DNA of 64,000 nt from Mobula hypostoma (Eukaryota). The stretch covers positions 1,736,001-1,800,000 of the forward strand of contig NC_086097.1 of assembly GCF_963921235.1 (NCBI RefSeq), read 5' to 3'. Each line of letters opens with the position of its first letter. Position 1 is the stretch's first letter. The position numbers and the translations under genes are program-made. The notes under the pieces were generated by a model. That model made no database searches. It saw nothing but the letters and a program-made list of their open reading frames with translations, and had not been told where the DNA came from. Shown here piece by piece: positions 13,200 through 25,974 of the stretch.

Positions 13200-16100
13200 G
13201 TACAGACTGTTCTACTGACCAAGACAGTTCTTCTCTATGACCCTGACCATAATTTACATACTGCCAAAAGCCAACATTAATCAGGAACTTGAGATAATGA
13301 ATGCTACCATCACCAAATAAGAAACAACCCACCCTGAGGCATTTCAAATCATAGTCAGCGACTTCAAACAGGCTTGATCAAGAAATCTCTGCCCAATCAT
13401 CATCAGCCTGTAACTGACAACACCAGGGATCCAAACACACTAGACCACTGTGTATACAGTAAGGAATGCCTACCGTTCCATGGCTAGACCACAAAGAGGT
13501 GGTCGTGGGATGCAGAGGCGTGGCTATGGAAATGCTTCGAGTCAGTAGACCAGGCAGTGTTCAAGGATCTGAATAAATTCACAGTTGCCACAGACTTTAT
13601 AACAACAGATATAGATGAGTGTGTCCCCACAAAATCACTTAGAGTTTTCACCAACCAGAAGCCAAGGATGAACCAAGAGATCTGCAATCTGCTGAGGGCC
13701 AGATCAGTGATGTTCAGGTCTGGTGATTGAGAAAGTTACATGAGGTCCAGGCACAATCTCCGGAAAGCCACCTCATGAGAGAAGTGGCTGTTCTGGACCA
13801 AGCTTGAATCACCTAAAGATGCTCAACTGCTGTGGTACAGCCTGAATGCTATCACTTCTTCCAAACTGAAACCGAGCGACATCGGTGACAACAAGGCTGC
13901 ACTCCCAGATGAGCTCAATACCTTCTATGTTCACCTTAACCATCGAAATAATGAACAACCATCACGAACTCCCATAGCCCCCAATCACGCGGTGATTTCG
14001 CTCTCTGAGGCCAACATGAGAACATCCTTCAGGAGGGTGAACCCATGGAAAGCATCTGGCCCAGATGAGACAGCTGGCCAATTGCTAAAGACCTGTGGGG
14101 TTCAACTGGCTGGAGTGTTCACCAATATCTTTAACCTCTCACTTCAGCAGTCTGAGGTACCAATCTGCTTCAGGCTCATACCAGTGCCCAAGGAGAACAT
14201 AGTACCCTGCCTCAATGTCTCAGTCTGGTAGAACTTACTTCCACTGGGATAAAGATTGCTAATGAAGCATCAACTCCTGCCCGAGAAGTGACTTGGATCT
14301 GCTTTATTTTGCCTACCGGAACAACAGGTCCACAGCAGATACCAATTCAGGCTCTTCACTCAACCCTGGAACATCTGGTCAGCAAAGATGCATACATCAG
14401 GATGCTCGTTATTGACTACAGCTTCGCACTCAACACTATCATCCCCTCAAAACTAATCAATAAGCTCCAAGACCTTGGCCTCAGTACCTCTTTGTGAAAT
14501 TGGATCCTCGATTTCCTCATGGGCTACCCCAGTCAGTTTGGATAGGTGACAACATCTACTCCACAATCTCCATCAGCACAGGTACATCACAGGCTGTGTG
14601 CTTCGCCTCCTGTTCTACTCACTTTATACTTATTACTGTCAGGCTAAGCACAGCTCCAATGCCATATTACGTTTGTTGATGTCATCGGCTGAGTCAGAGG
14701 TGGTGACAAATCAGCATACAGGAGGGAGATTGAGAATCTGGCTGAGAGGTGGCACAACAACAACCTCTCACTGTCAGCAAGACCAAGGAGCTGATTATTG
14801 GAGAGGAAACAGGAGGCCCGTGACCCAGTCCTCACTGGAGGATCAGACATGGAGAGGGTCGGCAACTTTAAATTCCCGAGTGTTATTATTTTGGAAGACC
14901 TGTTCTGGGCCCAGCATGTCAGTGCAATTATGTAGTAGGCATGCAGTGCTTTATTTCCTTAGGAGTTTGTGAAGATTCAACATGATGTTTAAAACTTTGA
15001 CAAACTTCTACGGGTGTGTATTGGAGAGTATATTGTCTGGCTGCATCACAGCCTGGAGTAGAAACACCAATGCCCTTGAACAGAAAATCTTTCAAAGAGT
15101 AGTGGATATGGCCCAGTCCACCATGAGTAAGGCCCATCAGTATCAAACGCTATCACAGGAAAGCACTATTCATCAGCCTTATTCACCCTGGTCAGACCCC
15201 ACTTGGAGTACTGTGCTCACTTCTGGTCACCTCACTAGAAGAAGGATGTGGAAACCATAGAAAGGGTGCAGAGGAGATTTACAAGGATGTTGGCTGGATT
15301 GGGGAGCATGCCTTATGAGAATAGGTTGAGTGAACTCGGCCTTTTCTCCTTGGAGCGACGGAGGATGAGAGGTGACCTGATAGAGGTGTATAAGATGATG
15401 AGAGGCATTGATCGTGTGGATAGTCAGAGGCTTTTTCCCAGGGCTGAAATGGTTGCCACAGGAGGACACAGGTTTAAGGTGCTGGGGAGCAGGTACAGAG
15501 GAGATGTCAGGAGTAAGTCTTTTACTCAGAGAGTGGTGAGTGTGTGGAATGGGCTGCCAGCAACGGTGGTGGAGGCAGATACGATAGGGTCTTTTAAGAG
15601 ACTTTTGGATAGGTACATAGAGTTTAGAAAAATAGAGGGCAATGGGTAAGACTAGTAATTTCTAAGGTAGGGACATGTTTGGCACAACTTTGTGGGCCGA
15701 AGGGCCTGTATTGTTCTGTAGGTTTTCTATGCTTCTATGTCTAGCAGGGACCCGCACCATCCAGAACATGCTCTCTTCTCACTGCTGCCAAGAGGAAGGA
15801 GGTAGAGCAGCCTCAGGACTCCCACCACCAGGTTCAGGAACAGTTAATACTCCTCAACATCAGGTTCTTGAACCAAAGAGGATGAGTTCACTCAACTTCA
15901 CTTGCACCATCTTCAAAATGTTCCCACAACCTATGGACTCACTTTCAAGGACTCTTCACCTCATGTTCTCAGTATTTATTATTTATTTGTTATTATTTCT
16001 TTCTTTTTGTATTTGCACAGTCTTCTGTCTTCTGCATACTGGTTGCATGCCCAGAATGGGGTGGTCTTTCATTGACTGTGTTATGGTTATTATTCTTTAG

Positions 16101-17000
16101 ATTTATTGTGTATACCCACAAGAAAATGAATCTCAGGGTTGTATATGGTGACATATATGTGCTTTGATAATTGTCACGTACCCCGTGACGGGTTAAAGAA
16201 CCAGCAGAGCTGGAAAACACCTTGGAGTCCAGTATTACTATTAACTAATGATATTTATTACTAACTATGCAATACAGTAATATAAATGCAGATATATCAA
16301 ACAGGTTAACAATGATTATATATAAGTAATTGTGGAGTATATAGGAAAACCAAGCTTCTTCAAGTCTAGGGATAAATAGATAGCCTTACAATGATGAGTA
16401 AAGTTCAGTTCAGTTCGTGGTATTGACTTGAGTAGTGATGGAGAGAGAGAGAGGGAGAGATTTGAGTCTTCAGGTGAGCTGACGCCATCGATCTTCCCGT
16501 TGTCCTCCGAAATCCTTTAAAAGTCACTGACTGTGACCACAACAAAAGGGACCGTTCTTCTGTGGTGGAGTTATCAACCAAGGCGAGGGTTGGACACACG
16601 AATGACTCCTCACCGGTCACACCCTTTTCACACTGTGAGAGCCACTGATCGATCCTCCAAAACCCACTTTTTCTGTGGGCACAACAAAGCTCATTCAGTG
16701 TCCAAAACCATGTGTCTGAGGTCTATCATCTGACCTTCTATTTATCTCCCCGTGCTGAATACCAACTGTCTCTCAAATAACTCCTCCCTTCTGTTTCTGT
16801 AAGAACGTACAAGCAGGCAATGTCCTTGGGAAAGTATAAACAAACTGTGAGCAGTCTTCATCTCTCTTTCTCCTTCTTTCACTCTCTCTTTTTAACAATG
16901 TGTCTGCTGTTGAGCACCTCTCCCTCTCTCTTTTCAAAAGCACAGTTCATAGGGGTAATTCAGGACCCCGTCACATAATAAATTTACTTTGAACTATTTA
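13200..17000 (+). mobile_element. Rex1/Babar-like LINE (decayed), interrupted by a CR1 3' fragment (about 15180-15740) and a solo LTR
   Basis: [47 protein letters not shown] motifs; 3'UTR ending AATAAATTTACTTTGAAC. Confidence 0.8.
16172..16975. mobile_element. Solo LTR
   Basis: TGTCACG...CGTCACA termini flanked by 4-bp TSD TAAT (16168-16171 / 16976-16979); no coding potential. Confidence 0.8.
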
Positions 17001-17269
17001 AGGGTTAAACCTTCTAATTGTGGGCTAATCCCAATTATTCTAGAATGTTAATAACTCTCATTGGGAGTTAATTCCAAAGGCCAGATCCATTAGGGACATT
17101 TTTAAAAACTCTTAGATAGGCAGATGGATGATAGAAAAAAGTAGTGCTAGGTCAGAGGGGAAAGTTAGATTGAAGATAAAAGTAGGTTAAAATGTTGGCA
17201 GAATGTGGTGGACCAAGGGAATGTACTGTATGTTAAAATCTCCAATAAACCCTCCTATACTGCATTAAA

Positions 17270-17490
17270 TTCCACTACCTCTTGGTTAACCCTGATAACT
17301 GTGAAAATCCCAATAACCCTGGGTGAACCCTCCTGATTCTGTGATAATCCCACTAACCCTGCTAACGCTGTTATGATCCCACTAACCCTGGGTTAACCAT
17401 GCTAACACGGTTATGACCCCACTAACCCCGGGTGAACCCTGCTAACTCTGTGATGATCCCACTAACCCTGGGTTAACTCTGCTAACTTGA
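17270..17490. repeat. Degenerate ~40-bp tandem repeat rich in TAACCCTG
   Basis: Units such as ATCCCACTAACCCTGGGTTAACCCTGCTAACTCTGTGATG repeated about 5 times. Confidence 0.7.
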
Positions 17491-17822
17491 TAATACTAAT
17501 TTCTAACATATTCTATCCTGGACCCAACATATTGAAACAATTACAAAGAAGGCACGACAACAGCTACATTTCATTAGGAGTTTAATGAGAATCGGTAGGT
17601 CACCAAAGACACTTGCAAATTTATTCAGATATACCGCAGAGATCATTCTAACTGGTTGCATCACCATCTGGTATGGAGGGAGGGGTCACTGCACAGGATC
17701 AGAAAAGGCTGCAGAAAGTTGTATCTCAGCTGGCACCAACATGGGCACCGGCCTCCCCAGCATTGAGGACACCTTCAAAAGGCGACACCCATCATTCCGG
17801 ACCCCTTCACCCAGGACATGCC

Positions 17823-19546
17823 ATAGAACCATAGAACCATAGAAACTACAGCACAGAAACAGGCCCTTTGGCCCTTCTTGGCTGTGCTGAACCATTTTCT
17901 GCCTAGTCCCACTGACCTGCACACGGACCATATCCCTCCATACACCTCCCATCCATGTATCTGTCCAATTTATTCTTAAATGTTAAAAAAGAACCCGCAT
18001 TTACCACCTCGTCTGGCAGCTCATTCCATACTCCCACCACTCTGTGTGAAGAAGCCCCTCCTAATATTCCCTTTAAACTTTTCCCCCCTCACCCTTAACC
18101 CATGTCCTCTGGTTATTTTCTCCCCTTGCCTCAGTGGAAAAAGCCTGCTTGCATTCACTCTATCTATACCCAACATAATTTTATATACCTCTATCAAATC
18201 TCCCCTCATTCTTCTACGCTCCAGGAAATAAAGTCCTAACCTATTCAACCTTTCTCTGTAACTGAGTTTCTCAAGTCCCGGCAACATCCTTGTAAACCTT
18301 CTCTGCACTCTTTCAACCTTATTTATATCCTTCCTGTAATTTGGTGACCAGAACTGAACACAATACTCCAGATTCGGCCTCACCAATGCCTTATACAACC
18401 TCATCATAACATTCCAGCTCTTATACTCAATACTTTGATTAATAAAGGCCAATGTACCAAAAGCTCTCTTTACGACCCTATCTACCTGTGACGCCACTTT
18501 TAGGGAATTTTGTATCTGTATTCCCAGATCCCTCTGTTCCACTGCACTCCTCAGTGCCTTACCATTAACCCTGTATGTTCTACCTTGGTTTGTCCTTCCA
18601 ATGTGCAATACCTCACACTTGTCAGTATTAAACTCCATCTGCCATTTTTCAGCCCATTTTTCCAGCTGGTCCAAGTCCCTCTGCAGGCTCTGAAAACCTT
18701 CCTCACTGTCTACTACACCTCCAATCTTTGTATCATCAGCAAACTTGCTGATCCAATTTACCACATTATCATCCAGATCATTGATATAGATGACAAATAA
18801 CAATGGACCCAGCACTGATCCCTGTGGCACACCACTAGTCACAGGCCTCCACTCAGAGAAGCAATTCTCTACCACCACTCTCTGGCTTCTTCCATCGAGC
18901 CAATGTCTAATCCAATTTACCATCTCTCCATGTATACCTAGCGACTGAATTTTCCTAACTAACCTCCCATGCGGGACCTTGTCAAAGGCCTTTCTGAAGT
19001 CCATGTAGACAATATCCACTGCCTTCCCTTCATCCACTTTCCTGGTAACCTCCTCGAAAAACTCCAACAGATTGGTCAAACATGACCTACCACGCACAAA
19101 GCCATGTTGACTCTCCCTAATAAGCCCCTGTCTATGCAAATGCTTGTAGATTCTGTCTCTTAGTACTCCCTCCAATAACTTACCTACTACTGACGTTAAA
19201 CTCACCGGCCTATAATTTCCCGGATTACTTTTCGACTCTTTTTTAAACAACGGAACAACATGAGCCACTCTCCAATCCTCCGGCACTTCACCCGTAGACA
19301 GCAATATTTTAAATATTTCTGCCAGGGCCCCCGCAATTTCAACACTAGTCTCCTCCAAGGTCCGAGGGAACACTCTGTCAGGTCCCGGGGATTTATCCAC
19401 TTTAATTTTCCTCAAGACAGCAAGCACCTCCTCCTTTTCAATCTGTACAGTTTCCATGGTCTCATTACTTGACTCCCTCAATTCCATAGATTTCATGCCA
19501 GCTTCCTTAGTAAATACAGACGCAAAAAACCTATTTAAGATCTCCC
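17823..19546 (-). mobile_element. Young 5'-truncated CR1 LINE inserted in a Rex1/Babar fragment
   Basis: 531-aa ORF 18021-19616 with full RT motifs; (TTCTATGG)n tail at 17823-17845. Confidence 0.95.
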
Positions 19547-19632
19547 TCTTCTCAAGAGATGCCCTCTTCTTATTGCTGCCATCAAGGAGAAGGTACAGGA
19601 GCCTGACAGGACACACACCACATTTCAGAAAC

Positions 19633-20594
19633 TCTCATGGTCCAGTCTGTGAAGCCCACATTCGGGTTCATGGTCCGGTCCATCGTTCTGTATTCCAGGA
19701 TTTCCAGTTTTCCCTTGTCCTGTTGTGTGCCTTAATTGAGGCACATGATTCTCATTTTGGGCTGGCTACATAAACAGTTCCCAGGTTCAGCTTCAGTTGC
19801 TGGACTGTTCCCTTCCCTTCGCCTTCCTTCTGTAGCCCTCGCCTGCTACATTCGCCTGAAGCCTTGCCCACTACCTTCGCCTGAAGCCTTGCCTGCTACC
19901 TCGCTTGTGTTCTCGCCTTCGCTAGCTAGGTCTGGCCATTTGCCGCTACCTTGTGTTAGGAACTGTCTCTATGTCCATGCCTTCGCTAGGTAGGTCCGGC
20001 CGTTTGCCACTACCTTGTGTTGGGAACTGTCTTTTTGTGCCCTCGCCTCCGCTGGTTAGGTCCAGCCGCTTGCCGCTACCTTGAGTGAAGATCTGTCTGT
20101 CAGTGTTCTGTGTATGAGTCCTGGCACTACGTCCTGCTCCCTAGGAGGGGTCCTGACTCTGTGTAGAGCCCCAGCCCAAAGTCCTGTTCCCAAGGAGGGG
20201 ACCTGGCTCTGTGTTCTATGTTCCTGTTCTCCCTCGACCAAGGGTCTGTGTTCCTGTTCTCCCTCGACCAAGTCAAGGCTTTGTGTTCTCGTCCTGTCCA
20301 CCTGTCTCACTCAGCCCAGTGCTGGGGTTCCCTTGTCCTGTCTGGGAGTCTCACGTCCAGTCCTGTAGCCACGTCTTGTCCTCGCCTGGATCCGGGGTCC
20401 AAGCCCGAGTCAAGACCCAGGTTCCGGGTCCCTGTCCAGTCTCTGGCTCGGAGTCCTTGTCCAGGGCCTGTGTCTTGTCCAGCGTTGTTTCTTCCCCATT
20501 TCCCTTGCTTGCTTGACTCACCTAGTTCTGTTCCTAGTTCTTCAGTGTCTGTGTCTTGCATTTGGGTCCGCCACCAATGCCCCCCGCTATGCCA
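19633..20594 (+). mobile_element. Solo LTR-like element, copy 1
   Basis: 5-bp TSD GAAAC (19628-19632 / 20595-20599); strongly similar to 54233-55363; internal ~60-bp tandem units. Confidence 0.8.
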
Positions 20595-20907
20595 GAAACA
20601 GACTTTTCCCCTCCATCATCGGATTTCTGAATGGACAATTAGTCCACGAACACTACCTCGTTAATTTTTTTCTTTGCTTTCTCTATTTTTGCACTGTACT
20701 AATTTTATAATATATTATATTCTCATTGTAATTTATAGTATTTGAATTATGCATTGCCTCAAAACAGCAAATTTCACATCATATGCTAGAGATATTAAAA
20801 TTGATTCGATGATAATCACACTGACTGTTAATCGCACTAACTCACCAACCGGGTCAATCGCCCTGACTCTGGGTTAACTCACTGACTCTGCGTTAATCTC
20901 ACTAGTT

Positions 20908-20970
20908 GACTGCGCCTCTTCCTATAGATGCTGCTTGGCCTGCTGCGTTCACCAGCAACTTTGATGTATG
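20908..20970 (+). mobile_element. 63-bp Penelope-tail mini-insertion
   Basis: Identical to 28181-28243; flanked by direct repeat TCACTAGTT (20899-20907 / 20971-20979). Confidence 0.85.
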
Positions 20971-20999
20971 TCACTAGTTAACCCCTCTGTTTCCATTTG

Positions 21000-21262
21000 T
21001 GACCCGGGCGGGTTCCCGTTCATCGCGTGTGCGGTAGTGCGGTGAACTCGGGGCAAGCGAGTGCACGGCCACACAAGCCCGCGCGCCACCGAGCACGTAC
21101 GCGCTTTTCCGGGAATTGGTGGCGTCACACGTTGTTGTCTCGATGCCCTGGTAACGGCGGACGTGTTTGCACCAAATATGGTCAGAGCTGCCTCACAGCG
21201 CTGATTGGACGGAGAGCCTGACGTCACGGGGGCAACGGCGTCAATGTGGCCCCACCCGCGAA
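21000..21262. promoter_or_regulatory. CpG-rich candidate distal immediate-early enhancer (or promoter)
   Basis: TTCCGGGAA 21107-21115, CCAAATATGG 21172-21181, CTGATTGG 21201-21208, TGACGTCA 21219-21226, extra GGCGTCA half-sites; CpGs retained within a CpG-depleted TE background. Confidence 0.65.
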
Positions 21263-21264
21263 GG

Positions 21265-22255
21265 GAAAGAGGGGGAGGGAGAGAAAAGAGAGAGAGAGAG
21301 AATGAGAGAGAGAGAGAAAGAATGAGAGAGAGGGAGAGAGAAGGGAGAGAGGGAATGAGAGAGAGGGAGAGAGAATGAGAGAGAGAGAGAATGAGAGAGA
21401 GGGAGAGAGAGAATGAGAGAGGAGAGGGAGAATGAGAGAGAGGGAGAGAGAATGAGAGGGAGAGAGAATGAGAGAGAGAGAGAATGAGAGAGAGGGAGAA
21501 TGAGAGAGGAGAGAGAGAATGAGAGAGAGAGAGGAGAGAATGAGAGAGAGAGAGAGAATGAGAGAGAGGGAGAATGAGAGAGGAGAGGGAGAATGAGAGA
21601 GAGGGAGAGAGAATGAGAGAGAGAGAGAGAATGAGAGAGAGGGAGAATGAGAGAGGAGAGGGAGAATGAGAGAGAGGGAGAGAGAATGAGAGAGAGAGAG
21701 AGAATGAGAGAGAGGGAGAATGAGAGAGGAGAGAATGAGAGAGAGAATGAGAGAGGAGAGGGAGAGAACGAGAGACAAGGATAGAGAGAGAATGAGAGAG
21801 GAGAGAGAGAAAGAGAGAGGGAGAGAGAGAAAATGAGAGAGAGAGAATGAGAGAGAGGGAGAGAGAATGAGAGAGGAGAGAGAGAATGAGAGAGGGGGAG
21901 AGAGAATGAGAGAGAGGGAGAGAGAATGAGAGAGGAGAGGGAGAGAACGAGAGACAGGGATAGAGAGAGAGGAGAGAGAGAATGGGAGAGAGAGAGAGAG
22001 AAAATGAGAGAGAGGGAGAGAGAATGAGAGAGAGGGAGAGAGAGAGAATGAGAGAGAGAGAGAGAGAGAGAATGAGAGAGGAGAGGGAGAGAGAATGAGA
22101 GAGAGGGAGAGAATGAGAGAGAGAGAGAATGAGAGAGAGGGAGAGAGAATGAGAGAGAGAGAGAGAATGAGAGAGGAGAGGGAGAGAACGAGAGACAGGG
22201 ATAGAGAGAGAGAATGAGAGAGATGGAGGGGAGAGAGAGAGGAGAGGGAGAGGTA
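21265..22255. repeat. Compound (GA)n/GAGAAT polypurine microsatellite, about 1 kb
   Basis: Almost exclusively G/A on the plus strand, with periodic AAT interruptions. Confidence 0.97.
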
Positions 22256-23401
22256 GTAAGTGGTGGGAGTGTGGGAATGCATGAGGTTGAGAGAGATGAG
22301 GGGTGTGGAGGATGGAGGGGTGAGAGAGGGAGAGTGGAGTGAAAGACCAGAAAGGAGAGAGTGTGAAGAGATGAAGGAGGAGGGAGAGAAAGAAATGAAG
22401 AGAGGGGGGAGTGAGGAAATAATGAGGTCGGGGAGGAGGAACTACAGGGAGAGATTACAGAGAGTGGTTATCAGATGAAGCGGATTGTATACAGAGAGTG
22501 TGAGGGACAGCAGAGTACACAACATAAGGGAGATACAGTATTTGGTGGCCATTTTCCCTCATGCCTTTCCACATTTACTCAGATCATTGTAAATTTTCCC
22601 CTTGACACCATTTCCCTCCACAATCCTCACACTTAAAGATACCACTACTGTCCAAGACTCCATCCATCTGACATGGAGAGGCAGAGGTGGGGTAGGCCTT
22701 AATCTACGGGTGGTGGAAAGAGAGACCAGCATGTAAATGTCATCACAAATAAGGCAGGACAATGCCTCTACTTTCTTAGAATTTTGTATGATTTAGCAAT
22801 TTTGTATCATTTGGCATGTCATCTAAAACTTTGACAAATTTCTATAGATACACAGTGGTGAGTATAGTGACTGGTTGCATCACAGTCTGACAGAAGAACT
22901 ACAATGTCCAGGAACCGAAAAGCCTACAAAAAGTAATAGATATGGCCTAGTCCATCACAACCAAAGACTTTCCCATCACTGAGCTGCTCTACAAGGAGTC
23001 ACTCCACAAAAAGCTGTCATCCACCATCAAGGGCCCCCACCATCTCGGCCATGCTCTCTTCTCACTACCACAGGAGCCTCAGGACCCACACCACCCGGTT
23101 CAGGAACAGGAACCCCTCAACCATCAGGCTCCTGAACCAATGTGGATACCTTCACCCACCACAACTCTGAACTGATTCCACATTGTATGGATTCATTTTC
23201 AAGGACTCAGTACAACTCATGTTCCTGGTATTAATTAATTAATTAATTACGATTTGTTTTCTTTTGCACCCTGGTTTCTTTCCTTATCGATAGTTTTTCA
23301 TAAATTCTGTTGTGTTTGTTTTCACGTAAATGCCTGCAGGAAGATGAATCTCAAGGTGGGACAGAGTAACATGTATGTATTGTGATAATAACTTGACTTT
23401 G

Positions 23402-23590
23402 ACACAGCAGGCCCACAGTTTACTTTTCCCAACCCGTGTGTCTTTGGAATGTGGGAGGAAAGTGGAGCACTCGGAGAAAACACACGTGATCTCAGGGAGA
23501 ACGTACAAGCTGCTTACAGACAGTGCCAGGAATTGAATCTCAATCAGTGAACGCTGGCGCTGTGAAAATGCCAAACTCTACAGGGCATAG
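23402..23590 (-). mobile_element. tRNA-derived V-SINE (HE1-like)
   Basis: GGAGGAAA..GGAGCAC.CGGAGAAAAC.CAC..GGGAGAACGT.CAA V-domain signature; B-box-like GAGATTCAATTCC on the minus strand. Confidence 0.7.
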
Positions 23591-24259
23591 TTAGCATTCA
23601 TTTTAAGAGGACGTAAGGCATTGGTCAGATAGCACTTCAAAGTTTGAAGTAAATACATTAATAAGGTGCATATATGTCTCCATACACAACAGTGAGAGTC
23701 ATTTCTGCAGGCATACTCAGTAAATGGATAATAGAACACCACACTAGAATCCATAAAAATGGCCCCAACTTGGGTGTTCAACAGTGTGCAGAAGACAACA
23801 AACAGTGTAAATACAGAAAGAAAGAAAGAATAAATGAATGAGCAATAAATATGGAGAACGTGAGATGAAGAATCCTTGAAAGTGAGTCCATAGTTTGTGG
23901 AACAGCTTAGTGATGGTGCAAGTGAAGTTATCCCCTTTAGTTCAGGAGTCTGGTGGTAGAGGTGTAATGAACCTGGTGGCGTGAGTCCCGAGGCTCCTGT
24001 ACCTTCCTCCTGATGACAGCAGTGAGGAAAATGGCCTGGGTGTGGACGTTCGTCAGGTTCTTGGATCGTTGGGATCTCTCCTGGGGGAGGTATGACCTGT
24101 TCAAAAGGGACGGGTTGCACCTGAACCCGAGGGGAACCAATATTCCCCTGGGCAGGTTTGTTAGAGCTGTTGGGAGGGTTTAACCCAATTTGTCAGGGGG
24201 GTGGGAACCGGAGTGAAGGGAATCAGGATTGGACGGATGGTTAAAAAGCAAAGACAGAA

Positions 24260-25092
24260 ACTATAGAAAAACTACAGGACAAAAACAGGCCTTTTGGCCC
24301 TTCTTGGCTGTGCTGAACCATTTTCTGCCTAGTCCCACTGACCTGCACACGGACCATATCCCTCCATACACCTCCCATCCATGTATCTGTCCAATTTATT
24401 CTTAAATGGTAAAAAAGAACCCTCATTTACCACCTCGTCTGGCAGCTCATTCCATACTCCCACCACTCTCTGTGTGAAGAAGCCCCCCCTAATGTTCCCT
24501 TTAAACTTTTCCCCCCTCACCCTTAAACCATGTCCTCTGGTTTTTTTCTCCCCTTGCCTCAGTGGAAAAAGCCTGCTTGCATTCACTCTATCTATACCCA
24601 TCATAATTTTATATACCTCTATCAAATCTCCCCTCATTCTTCTACACTCCAGGGAATAAAGTCCTAACCTATTCAACCTTTCTCTGTAACTGAGTTTCTC
24701 AAGTCCCGGCAACATCCTTGTAAACCTTCTCTGCACTCTTTCAACCTTACTAATATCCTTCCTGTAATTTGGTGACCAAAACTGAACACAATACTCCAGA
24801 TTCGGCCTCACCAATGCCTTATACAACCTCATCATAACATTCCAGCTCTTATGCTCAATACTTTGATTAATAAAGGCCCATGTACCAAAAGCTCTCTTTA
24901 CGGCCCTATCTACCTGTGACACCACTTTTAGGGAATTTTGTATCTGTATTCCCAGATTCCTCTGTTCCACTGCACTCCTCAGTGCCTTACCATTAACCCT
25001 GTATGTTCTACGTTGGTTTGTCCTTCCAACGTGCAATACCTCACACTTGTCAGTATTAAACTGCATCTGCCATTTTTCAGCCCATTTTCCCT
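24260..25092 (-). mobile_element. CR1 3' fragment nested in a plus-strand CR1 ORF1/ORF2 junction fragment (about 24045-25345)
   Basis: 245-aa ORF 24329-25066; the host resumes with YLNARSISNK..ITESWL. Confidence 0.88.
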
Positions 25093-25974
25093 GCAGCCAG
25101 CAGGGTGAGTATCAGTGCATTCAGGATGCAGAATCAAAAGGGCAGCAAATACAGCGCTCAGTGTTATATCTCAATGCACGGAGCATAAGCAATAAGGTGG
25201 ATGATCTTGTTGCTCGATTACAGATTGTCAAGTATGATGTTGTGACCATCACTGAGTCATGGCTGAAGGGTGGATATATTGGGAGCTGAATGTCCAAGGT
25301 TACAGGTTGTATCAGGGAGGATAGGAAGGTCGGCAGAGGGGTGATTTTGGTTTCAAAGTTTAAGAGAAGATTGGATAGGTATGTGGATGGGACGGGTGTG
25401 GTGGATTATGATCCCAGTGCAGGTTGATGGGATTAGGCAGTTTAAATGGCCCATTAACTAGATGGGCCGAAGGGCCTGTTTCTGTGATGTAATTTTCTAT
25501 GACTGTGACTGGGCTGTAGTTACTACTTTTTGTAAGATTTTCCCTTCAAGGGCATTGGTGTTTCCACACCAGGCTGTGATGCAGCCAATCGATATAGATT
25601 CCAGTACATAACTATAAAAATTTTTTTTAAGTTTTAGATGTCATGCTGAATCTTCACAAACTCCTAAGGAAGTAAAGGCACTGCATGCATTCTATGTAAT
25701 TGCATTTACGTGCTGGGCCCAGGACAGTCTTCCAAAATAATAACACTCGGGAATTTAAAGTTGCCGACCCTCTCCACGTCTGATCCTCCAGTGAGGACTG
25801 GGTCATGGGCCTCTGGTTTCCTCCCCAATAATCAGCTCCTTGGTCTTGCTGACGTTCAGTAGGAGGTTGTTGTTGTGCCACCTCTCAGCCAGATTTTCAA
25901 TCTCTCTCCAATATGCTAATTCATCACCACCTTTACTTTGACTTATGACAGTGGTGTTAGACAATATCCATTAC

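Noticed and set aside
17270..17490. Interstitial telomere (TAACCC motifs)
   Set aside because: TAACCC occurs inside a longer ~40-bp unit, not as (CCCTAA)n
21224..22282. 352-aa Ser/Leu-rich ORF
   Set aside because: Translation of the (TC)n microsatellite strand; stop-free only because of low complexity
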